Shown here in pieces: positions 47,811-57,800 of a stretch of 64,000 bases of DNA (the stretch's first letter is position 1; each line of letters opens with the position of its first letter). The DNA comes from Chloropicon primus (lineage: Eukaryota). The position numbers and the translations under genes were made by a program. Below the pieces are notes generated by a model that had not been told where the DNA came from, searched no databases, and saw nothing but the letters and a program-made list of their open reading frames with translations. The stretch is from the NCBI GenBank assembly GCA_023205875.1, contig CP060768.1, positions 186,001 through 250,000 on the forward strand, written 5' to 3'.

Positions 47811-48624
47811 CCTCCTCCTCAAGCCCTCCACTCTGGACCGTGCCCCTTCCCCGTCCGTACGTCAAGATGCCCAAGCGACGGACGGACAGAAAGATCGTGA
47901 CCTCACGCTTCCCTCTGTCCAACCCTCCCTCCCCCTTACCCTCTCCCTTGGCCTCGCTCCTCCCTCAAAGGTCACCGTCTCCCACCCACGACACCCAACC
48001 TTTCTGTCTCTGTCTGGCCCCTCATCCCAAGGACAAGAGGGGAGAGGGAGGAGGGGAAGGGAAGTGAAGAGGTGTCCGGGGGAGGGAGAGGAAGGAGGAA
48101 CCAAGCAGATGAGCAATCCGTTTACCTCTTGAGCTTTCTGGTTGATACCCGCATTGCCTCGGTCTTGGATCCAGTACGAAGACTTTGGCCACAAAACACG
48201 GCGAAGAACTGCACACACTCCTCAAGGAGAGGAGGACAAGGGGAAGGGAGTTGAGGAGGTGTGAGGCAAGACGCTCAGTGCCTTGAGCGCGGGAGGATCT
48301 TTTGGTCCATTGGATCCATCTTCTGGCTTCTCTGCTGGGCGCCAAGTTGTGGTCCAGGACTAGGAAGTCTTTGGAGCCAAGTTTACTCTTGCTCTGTGTG
48401 TGTGTGTGTGTGTGTGTGTGACTCTGAGAAGAAGGAGAAAGTTCACCCCTCTTCATGACGCAAGGAGTTCAAGCGTGCCGTGGTGTCAAGGTGCAACAGC
48501 TGCACGCTGGATGATTGGAAGACGACCCGACTAGGGATTGAAAGATATCACCTTTGGCCGTCAGCAAAGACAAAAGATTTGGTTCGGACTGCTCTACCAA
48601 GGGAGGACAGGCTCAGGGCCATTG

Positions 48625-49050
48625 ATGCAGGTGATGCAGGTGATGCCAAGGCTTCCAAGAGCGGAGCGAAGAGGTTCCAAGGGACTCAGAGCCTTTCTGA
48701 TCCTCCTGTCGGTGCTGGCAGCATTCGTTTTCTCGCTGCCTCTGGCGAGTTGCCAGGACGAAGGCAAGTCCAACGAGGAAAGCGGCGACGTCGTCGTTGC
48801 CGGGGCGGCCAGCAGCAGGAAGGCCATCTTTGAGACCCCCTACTTGTGCAGGCTCGGCAAGAGGTACCCTTGGATCAGAGCGTTTGTGGACGAGAGGCTC
48901 TCGATGTACGCGGACCACATCGAGTGGCGGGAGACGGGAGGGAACCCAAGACTCCTCGTCTTTGAAGGGAACGCCATCAAAACGTTGTTTCACTTTGGTG
49001 ACGGTCACAAGGACGTGGAAGAGATCATCAGGGAAAAGCTGGAGCTCTAA
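48625..49050 (+). CDS. Sep15/SelM-like ER thioredoxin-fold protein (Cys form)
   Basis: Hydrophobic signal, then AIFETPYLCRLGKRYPWIRAFV...GGNPRLLVF, resembling Sep15 AILEVCGUKLGRFPQVQAFV...GSDPVL. Ends in KLEL. Confidence 0.62.
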   Translation: MQVMQVMPRLPRAERRGSKGLRAFLILLSVLAAFVFSLPLASCQDEGKSNEESGDVVVAGAASSRKAIFETPYLCRLGKRYPWIRAFVDERLSMYADHIEWRETGGNPRLLVFEGNAIKTLFHFGDGHKDVEEIIREKLEL

Positions 49051-49204
49051 CGAGACCAGGACGGGAGGCACGGCAGAAGTGCGCTCCGGATGTAAGCAAA
49101 ACAAGACTTGTGTAACAAAACTTCAGCCCCAATACATGGATAGGGGATCAACGGTGCTTGTTGTGCTACAAAATGTGGTCGTGGCACGCACGCTTGAGGT
49201 GGCG

Positions 49205-49860
49205 TCACCGCCACTTCATCCTCCGATAGTATGCCAGGGCAAGAGCTGCGGTGGCGAGCGCGGGAACCAAAATGTGTTTGTTCTGCTTCGCCTTCTCAGC
49301 CAAGTACGCCGCCGTGCTCCCATAGTAACCGTGTTTGATGCGATAACTCAAACCCAACTTGCTGAAGGCCTCGTTGTGCATAAAAACGGCCACCTGCAAA
49401 AACAAATTACGGCACACGAGAGAGAGAAAGAGCGTGTCAGTCCAACCCTTTGTCACCACAAGCTCGTTCACGAAAACGCTCTCTTCTCCTCACCTTCCTG
49501 AGGTCCCTCGCGGTCTTCACCTCGCACTCCTTGGGATACTCTATCAGCCTCCAGTCCCCGTGAACCATGAGATGCATCCCTTCCTCCGTGCAGTCGACCA
49601 GGATCACATCGGTCAGCGTCAAGTGCGTGGGCACCTTGAGGTAGTGGTGAACCCAGGCCACCAGACTCTCGAAATGCTGAAGCCACCAAGCAACACCAAA
49701 CATCAAGCCACAGGAGAAGCAAAAGTGAAGAGTTCGGGTCAGAAGAACGAGAAGAGGAAGATCTGGATGATGGTGATCCTCCTTGTGGACTCACATCGTC
49801 ATTCATGTGCGCCACTGCGCGAGACGCGTCCCCAAAGCTTCCCCTCTCCTCCTTGGCCAT
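49205..49860 (-). CDS. DUF2470-domain protein with a C-terminal hydrophobic anchor; complement(join(49205..49393,49494..49676,49795..49860))
   Basis: Splicing two GT-AG phase-0 introns gives AVAHMNDD|HFESLVAW, the HMNxDH hallmark of DUF2470. The tail is ILVPALATAALALAYYRRMKWR. Confidence 0.75.
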
Positions 49861-50525
49861 CTTGATGCCTACTTCAAGCCACAACAGAACCTTTGTCCTC
49901 GCCAATCACTGCGTCATTTCCTTCGAGCGACGGCTCTTTCGAAAGAGGAAGAGACGATGGTTCTTCCTCTACAATCCCCTTCCCCTCAACCTCAACCTCT
50001 CGCGCCTCAGACCCCGCCAAAGATGCCTCTCTCTCTCTCTCTCTCTGCCCTCTGCCCTCTGCCTCGACCATTAATGGATAACGCTGACGCCGCCTTAAAG
50101 CGACGAGGTGAGTTACGACGAGGAGGAGGAGGACGACGGGCGAGGCGAGGGGATAAGAGGGAAAGAACGGCATTCCTCGTGATCTCTTCTTTCGATGGAT
50201 CCCTCAACTTGAAGGAATGGACCAAGAATGAGGATTTTACACGGCATGGTTTAGCGCTCACCTCCTGGGAAGCACCAACTCAAGAGAGTTGTGGGAAGGA
50301 ATGGGCTGCGAGGACGAGGAGGGAAAAGGAAGGGAGGCTCGCGTGTGGAGCCGTCGTGTCTTAATCTTTCGTTTGACCGCTCCCTTGGCGAAGATGACGC
50401 ATGGACGAGGGCGTTTCGACTGACTTGAGTTCTCCATCGCTTCACGTGTGGCCATCACAATCCTGGAGACTGCTGAGGAGAGAGAGAGAGAGAGAGGTCT
50501 GAGGCTGTGGGGAAGAGGGAGGGCG

Positions 50526-51645
50526 ATGCAGAGTGCGAGACTGAGGGCGAGATGCGGGGCCTCCGGAAGAGGAAGGGCTTGTGTCAGCGTCAGAGGCAGG
50601 AGAGCTGCTTTGGCGACGACGACGGCGACGACGACGGCGAGGAGGCTTGGGCAAAGCAGACGCCACGTGAGAGTGAGCGCCGCGGCGGAGGACCCCTACA
50701 GCGTAAGTAGTAGTCTGGAAACGGGATTGATGATCTCCTCCCACCTGACTCTCGTCGTTCCTGGTGTGTTTTCTTGTCGCAGATTCTTGGCGTCGCTCCG
50801 GGAGCGGACTCGGAGGCCATCAACAGGGCGTACAAGTCGAAGTAAGTCCTTTTGTGAGGGTCACTTGACTGGACGACGACAGGCACTAAACCGCTCACTC
50901 TCCTTCTCGATTCGATTTTCCCTCTCCTCCTCAGGATCGCCACGGCGACGACGGATGACGAGAAGAAAGCGATAGAAACGGCGCACACCTCCATCATGAT
51001 GTCCAGCTTGTCCGCCCGCCTTCAGGGAGGGGGGAGCGCCGTGGCCAAGGAGATCAGATACGCGGACCGGGCGCCCATGTTCCGCTGGAGACCGAGGTAC
51101 AGCAAGCTCGTTTGTTTGTTCCTTCTTCTCCTTCCTCTTCTTGAAGTCATCGCGAAGAGAGAGGAGGAGACCCGACCCCGTGGATGATTGACTGACCTTT
51201 TCTCTCTCTCTCTCTCTCGCGCGCGCGCGCCACGCCACAAAGGCTTCACATGTGCGAGCAGAAGGACATTCTGATCAACGGAGGTATCTGGGCTGCTGCC
51301 GTGTACTGGGCGAACAAGTCCACGTACTCCCCGTGGCAACCCCTGATGCTCGGTTTCGCCGTCCTCTTCATCAGGATGAACTACAAGCTGATGCCCCTGA
51401 TGCCGAGGCCGGCGACGGACGACAGGAAGGAGATCAGGAACGCGGACACCAAGAGGCTCGGGAGGGCCTTTGGCGTTGTCGGCGGCCTCTTCGCCCTGTT
51501 CGCCGGGGTCGTCTCCTTCGTCCCCCAAGTCCTCATGGCTCTCAGGCTCACCGTGCCCATGTGGCTCTTGGGAAGCTTGTACGAGTTCTCCGTCGGCGTC
51601 GCGGGCCTCGTCGGCTCCATGATCGGAGCCTCCTTCTGCAGGTGA
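50526..51645 (+). CDS. CPP1: Chaperone-like protein of POR1 (CPP1/CDF1, DUF3353); join(50526..50702,50783..50841,50935..51096,51243..51645)
   Basis: Transit peptide; J-like DPYS|ILGV...INRAY; IETAHTSIMMSSLSARLQG...IRYAD...WRPR; then TM helices. Three in-frame GT-AG introns. Confidence 0.85.
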
Positions 51646-51999
51646 GAGGGTCAAAGGGGGGCAGGAAGAGGAGGGAGGAGAGTTTTTGGATTGAGGAGGA
51701 GAAGGAGGAAGTTGTAGTTGCTGTTGCTGTTGCTGAAGAAGAAGGAGAGTCTTGGTGACGGATGATTTTTCTTTTTGAAGAAGCAAGCCAGGTCGTGCGC
51801 TGGGAGTGGCGTTGGAGTTCAAGGGCAGTTAGGTTTTTGCGTCGTGAGCGCAAGGGCGCGAGAAGGGCGTGCAAGGAAGGAAGACGAAAGGTGTTTTGTG
51901 TTTTGTTTTTCATGAAATCCAAGTTTCCAAGACGGAGAGTCGACACTCACCCCCAAAACATCCAATGCGAAGAGCTTCCTTCCTTGAATACTACACGGC

Positions 52000-52477
52000 C
52001 ATCATCCTCCTCCTTCTCATCATCTGTCTGTCTCTCCAGGGATCCCGAGCGTGTGAAAGTGTGAGAGCAAGACATTGGGGAAGGAGCAAGAGGACACCAC
52101 ACCATGCATCCATCCATCCTCCTCCTCCTCCTCATCTATCTGTCTCTCCAGGGATCCCGAGCGTGTGAAAGTGTGAGAGCAAGACATTGGGGAAGGAGCA
52201 AGAGGACACCACACCATGCATCCATCCTCCTCTCCTTCTCATCATCTGTCTGTCTCTCCAGGGATCCCGAGCGTGTGAAAGTGTGAGAGCAAGACATTGG
52301 GGAAGGAGCAAGAGGACACCACACCATGCATCCATCCTCCTCTCCTCCTCATCTGTCTGTCTCTCCAGGGATCCCGAGCGTGTGAAAGTGTGAGAGCAAG
52401 ACATTGGGGAAGGAGCAAGAGGACACCACACCATGCATCCATCCATCCTCCTCCTCCTCATCTATCTGTCTCTCCAG
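52000..52477. repeat. Minisatellite: 4 full copies of a 107-112-bp unit plus a partial copy
   Basis: The core GGGATCCCGAGCGTGTGAAAGTGTGAGAGCAAGACATTGGGGAAGGAGCAAGAGGACACCACACCATGCATCCATCC starts at 52039, 52151, 52261 and 52368, joined by variable pyrimidine-rich linkers. Confidence 0.95.
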
Positions 52478-53389
52478 AGGTCGCGCTATCCATATCGGAT
52501 CTTCGATCCGTGTTGTTTCCCAGCCTGAGGAGGTCGTGTAGTTATCGCAGCTTAAGCTCGTTCTTTTTTTTTTTAGAAAAAAAAAACGCCGGAGAGTGCT
52601 AAACGCATCTTATTTTTTCTTTCCGCGCAAGCGTATCAGATTTTGGAGATCTTCACCAGCGAAGGGAGGACAGCAAACGTCACGTTCTTCGGCGAAAGGG
52701 ACGACAACGGACGAGAACGAGGCCGAGGAGAGGTCATTACGACAAGGTACGTCTCAAGCTCTTTCGATAGACCCCTCGCACGCACGATTTGGTGCCCGGG
52801 TCGCCACGGGACGCCTTCCTGGGCATCACGACGTCACGGGGATGCCATGGCCTCCATGCAGGCCAAGTCCCATGGCGAGCACGGAGGGGGGGGGAGGGTC
52901 GTTGGCTCCCGTGGTGACGCGAGAGATACCTCGACCTCGCTGCGCTCTCGGCGCCGCGCTCGTCGCTGGCGTCGTGGAACCTCCGCGCGCCTTTGACTTT
53001 TGTTGCAACTCGGAAGGGTCCCCTGGGGTTTGGTTTGGACGGCCGAGAGATCCCGAGACGGAAGGGAAGGCTCTGCTCCCTCCGTCGAGGTCGCGCGCAC
53101 CCGGGCTTGTGCCAACACGTGTGCTCCACGTTTTCGTTCCTTTTCTTTCTTTCTTTCTTTTCTGACGCGAGCGTTTCTCTCTCTCTCTCTCTCGTTTTCC
53201 GTTCGTTTTCGGAATCGTCATCGTCATCGACGACGCGCCACCAGCAGCAACAATGGAAGAAAAGTCAGGACGCCATCCTGAAAACCGTGGGACCACGACC
53301 ACAACCAAGACGACCGTCGTGCGTTGAGAAAGAAAGAGCCCGACCACCACGCACAAGAGAAACGACACCTGAACAACACGCATATCATC

Positions 53390-54775
53390 ATGGCGAACTC
53401 GGGCAAGGGGAAGAAGAACACCAACTCCAACCCCTCCCCCGAGAAGAAGCGCCCCGGGGGCCCTGAAGGCGGCAAGGGGGGGAAGAAGAAATCCTCCCGC
53501 ACCTCCGGGAGCCCCCGTGGTGGCCGCAGGTCCTCGATGCAGGACATGGCTGCGGTGGGGGCGGGAGTCGGGGGGCAGACGGACGTGTACGGCGATCTGT
53601 TCAACCTCGGCCCAACCTCGACGTACGGCTCCACGGAAGACCCCACGGGTCTCTTCCCCACGCTGTACTTTGACGATGGCTCGGTGCCCATGCCGACGCC
53701 CTCGTGGGACGTGATGCCGAACATCCCGAGCGCCCAAGAAATGCCGCCGGCGGGCTCGGTGAGGTGCTCGACTCCCGTGAGCAACTACAACAGGGCAGAC
53801 AGCCTGGGCGGCGCGGGAGCGGGGATGAGCCCGTACGAGTCGGCGTACTACATGCCGCAGTCGCAGGGGTACAACAACCCACACCCCTCCTCTCCGTCCC
53901 TGATGTACGCGCCGGCCGGAGTCCCGGGCTCTTCGCAGCAGGCCGACACCTACACCCCCATGGGGAGCTACGGGCAGGGCCAAGGCGCCTACCACGGCAG
54001 GATGAGGTACTCTCAGCACCCCGTGGGCTCCTACGGGATGCCGTACGCGTCCCACCACCACATGTACCCGGGGAGCGAGCAGCAGCAGCAGCAGCAGATG
54101 TCGCACGACCAGCACCGGGCCATGTCGCACTACGGGGCGAGCACGATACCTCCCATGAGCGCCACCACCATGAGCAGCAGCCACAGGGGAGGCCACGTGG
54201 ACTTGAAGCTCGAGGGGGCGAGTGGGAAGGGCGAGAGCGGGGCAGGCGACCCCGTGAAAGATAGCGGCGCCTCGTCGAGCAAGAAGAAGGGGGAGCTCGA
54301 AGGCGGCAGGGACCTGAGGGGATACATGCAGCCGGCGATGGGGCTGGCCGTGCACGGGGCGCCGGGAGCCTTCTACCAGGGGGCTTACGGCCACCAGCCA
54401 ATGCCCCAGCAGCAAGTGGCGCCGGGCGGCGCGTTCATGGGCAACGTCCCCGACAGAAGAATGAGTGGCATGGGGAAGGAACACTCGTCGGGTGATCTCA
54501 AGGAGCTGAACGACAGGCAGCTCTCCGGTTACATACGCCCCATGCTTTACCAGCTGCAGCAGCTAGTAAGTATACTGGACTTCAACACCAGGATGACCAT
54601 CTCCGAATCGCTGTTGAGGCTAGCGACGGCAAAGGAACAAAGTTCTGCCGGCGTGAACCCTGACATACAAACGCAAGAGGAGAAGAACGAGGCCGCGGTC
54701 CAAAAGGTGCTGGACAGATCCGTCTGCCAGCTGCTCTACAACAGTTCAAGAAATGAGCAAATGAACCAGGTTTAG
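53390..54775 (+). CDS. LNK-like (night light-inducible and clock-regulated) transcriptional co-regulator
   Basis: Long low-complexity body, then LYQLQQLVSILDFNTRMTISESLLRLA...VLDRSVCQLLY, resembling the plant LNK C-terminal QLQ....LD..T...IRDSL.RLA and IDRS.AHLLF motifs. Confidence 0.62.
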   Translation: MANSGKGKKNTNSNPSPEKKRPGGPEGGKGGKKKSSRTSGSPRGGRRSSMQDMAAVGAGVGGQTDVYGDLFNLGPTSTYGSTEDPTGLFPTLYFDDGSVPMPTPSWDVMPNIPSAQEMPPAGSVRCSTPVSNYNRADSLGGAGAGMSPYESAYYMPQSQGYNNPHPSSPSLMYAPAGVPGSSQQADTYTPMGSYGQGQGAYHGRMRYSQHPVGSYGMPYASHHHMYPGSEQQQQQQMSHDQHRAMSHYGASTIPPMSATTMSSSHRGGHVDLKLEGASGKGESGAGDPVKDSGASSSKKKGELEGGRDLRGYMQPAMGLAVHGAPGAFYQGAYGHQPMPQQQVAPGGAFMGNVPDRRMSGMGKEHSSGDLKELNDRQLSGYIRPMLYQLQQLVSILDFNTRMTISESLLRLATAKEQSSAGVNPDIQTQEEKNEAAVQKVLDRSVCQLLYNSSRNEQMNQV

Positions 54776-54847
54776 AGGGTTTGTTGATCTATAAAGTTTT
54801 GGATATATTTACAGTTTAATTGTGTTAAAAATACGTTGCTTTGCCGG

Positions 54848-57800
54848 TTACTTTTGCGCTTTGGCGGTATCGAATTGCCCTTTCCAGTCAACCTCCTGCT
54901 TTTGCAGATCAAGGAATTCTTCCATCCCGTCGTCGTACTTAATTTGATGCATCTTGTCAGCCTCCCTGAACGCTGCGATTTCTCCGTAATAAAAGCACTT
55001 GTCGTCGGGCCACCAAATGCCTATGCGCTGACCGACATTGTTCTTGCTCTTCGACTTTTTCTTTGCCTTCTTTCCCTTCTTCTCTGGCTCTGGCGCCCCC
55101 TTGGGAGCGGAAAGCGGCACCTGCTCAACCCACTCCACTTTCACCTTGGACAGGTTGAGACTCTCCATGGTCCCGTCCTCGTAGATGACGTTGTGAGTCC
55201 CAGCCGATGCATCGTACGCGTGAACCACGCCATAGTAGTAGGTCTTGTCGTCCTCCCACAGCACGCCAACGCGCCAACCGATGGCAGCCTCCTTCTGGGG
55301 CGGCTTCTTCTGGGAGGAAGCGGACGACTTCTTTGCCTTAGGCTTGCTTGGCCCCTCCTTCCACTCCAGTTTCTCTTTCTCGATGGTTATCATTTCCTGC
55401 TGCCCATCGTCGTACAAAATTTTGTGCTTCTTCTCCTTCTTGTCATAGTCCTTGAGAACGCCATAGTAGTAGGTCTTGTCGTCCTCCCACCAGACGCCAA
55501 CGCGCCAGCCCACGGCGTCAGCCCCCTTCGGATCCTTGCTTGCAGGCACGGCCTTCGCCTTCTTTTGAGACTTAGAGCTCCCGCCCGCGCTTCTCTTCTT
55601 GTCGCCTTTCGGCTGCGTCTCCTGCTTCCCTGCAACTTGCTCAACCCACTCCACTTTCACCTTGGACAGGTTGAGACTCTCCATGGTCCCGTCCTCGTAG
55701 ATGACGTTGTGAGTCCCAGCCGATGCATCGTACGCGTGAACCACGCCATAGTAGTAGGTCTTGTCGTCCTCCCACAGCACGCCAACGCGCCAACCGATGG
55801 CAGCCTCCTTCTGGGGCGGCTTCTTCTGGGAGGAAGCGGACGACTTCTTTGCCTTAGGCTTGCTTGGTTTGGAGCCCACGCTTGAGCTCTTCTTCCCGCC
55901 TTTCGGCTGCGTCTCCTGCTCAACCCACTCCACTTTCACCTTGGACAGGTTGAGACTCTCCATGGTCCCGTCCTCGTAGATGACGTTGTGAGTCCCAGCC
56001 GATGCATCGTACGCGTGAACCACGCCATAGTAGTAGGTCTTGTCGTCCTCCCACAGCACGCCAACGCGCCAACCGATGGCAGCCTCCTTCTGGGGCGGCT
56101 CCAAGGAGGAAGCAGAAGCGTCTTTCTCTTTCCACTCCAGCTTCTCTTCTGTCAAAACAATCCAGTCTTCCACTTGGTCATCGTCGTACAAAATTTTGTG
56201 CTTCTTCTCCTTCTTGTCATAGTCCTTGAGAACGCCATAGTAGTAGGTCTTGTCGTCCTCCCACCAGACGCCAACGCGCCAGCCCACGGCGTCAGCCCCC
56301 TTCGGATCCTTGCTTGCAGGCACGGTCTTCGCCTTCTTCTCCGGGGGAGTATCGCTCATTTCCGTGGGGACCTTGTTCAAGCACCCCTTCTTCAGCTTCG
56401 GGTTACGGCAGTACCTGCATACGCCACACTTCATTCCTGGAATAGAGGGCCTCCTCTTTCGTTCCTTGTGTTGCTTTTGTTGCTTTGGCCTCGCGTCAAC
56501 CTCTGCGTCTTCAGGGAGGGTCTGCTCAACCCACTCAATCTTCACCTCCGAGAGATCAAGGTTCTCCAAGGTGCCATCGTCATAGAGCACGCTGTGAGTT
56601 CCCGTGTCCTCGTCGTAACCATTCACAATGCCGTAGTAGTAGGTATTGTCCTCCTCCCAGAGCAAACCAAGACGCCAACCAATGGCAGCCTCCTCCGTGG
56701 GAGGCGTCTCTGGTGGCCCTGATTTCTGTGAAGTGCTCTTGGACTTTGCTTTGATCCCCTCGATCTGACTGGCATCCACTGGCATTCCATCCATGGAGAA
56801 GGAATACTTGAAGTTGAATCTGTCGTCACACCAATGTATGTGATGTTTCGTGAGCGTAACGCATGCAAACGTGTCATCGTCGTACTTGATCCTGTGCTTC
56901 TCCTTTTCATAGGCCATAATGTCCCCATAGAAGAAGCAAAGACTCCGAGGCCACCATATACCCACCCTGAAGCCAACACATTTTTCTGGGCTAGTCAAGA
57001 CTATTTCAGGCTTGTTGGTATTGATTGTATACTTTTTGTAATCAGGGCAGCTCATCCTCAGTGCCCACAGGATGTCAAAAGCAGGCTCAATCACAAGACT
57101 CTGCTGGTATATAGGATCTTCGCCCCTGTTAAACAGTCTGCAGTTGTTCCAGACCAGCTTAACATCTCTGAAGACCTCGTCCTCGTGCGAGTAGACCAAG
57201 TTGTTCCAACCAATGTCACGCCCTGCTTCAAGTTGTTTCCTGATCGTTCCAAGATCCATGGGGTTCTTAATGATCTGCCCATAAACAGGGATCAACTCGA
57301 CATCCACAGGATCCTGGAACGCAAAAGATTCAGGGAGTTTCATCACGTCTTTGACCACCGACAATGCGGCCAAAAGCCTATCCTTGAGTGGCCTTTCCTT
57401 TTTGGCAGGAACAACAGCAGCTTTGGAGGCCTGAGCAGCCTCCTTACTCTTCGCCTTGGCCACTGCCTTCAGCTTGGCTTTCTTGCTCACCTCTCTCATC
57501 GCCTGGGCCTTGGCTGCCGCACGGGCTGCAAGCTTGTCGCTAGTGTGTTCCGCCCAATTGGATTCCGTAATGAAAGGGAAGAGCTCGCCTATTTGTCCCC
57601 AGAACCACTTCTGCAGCCTGACGGCACTCGTGTACACCTCTGATTCGTCCTGGTTGTACGTTCTTGCATTGCTGAACATCAATTCCACATCCCGAATAAA
57701 GTCCTGGACCACCGCGTAATTGTTTGTCTTCGTTCTGTTCAAACATTGCCTGATGCTTCCGATATCTACAGGAGCAGTTATGATCCTGTAGTAATCAGGC

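Noticed and set aside
48840..49200. True selenoprotein with a SECIS element
   Set aside because: The equivalent codon is TGC, not TGA, and I could not identify a SECIS in the short 3' region.
52000..52477. CRISPR array interpretation of the constant/variable repeat
   Set aside because: The core is too long (~77 bp), the 'spacers' are slippage variants of one another, there are no cas genes, and the context is eukaryotic.
52000..52477. C/D box snoRNA cluster (ATGATGA on the minus strand)
   Set aside because: The C-box-like word occurs in only some linkers, and no CTGA D box is present in the unit.
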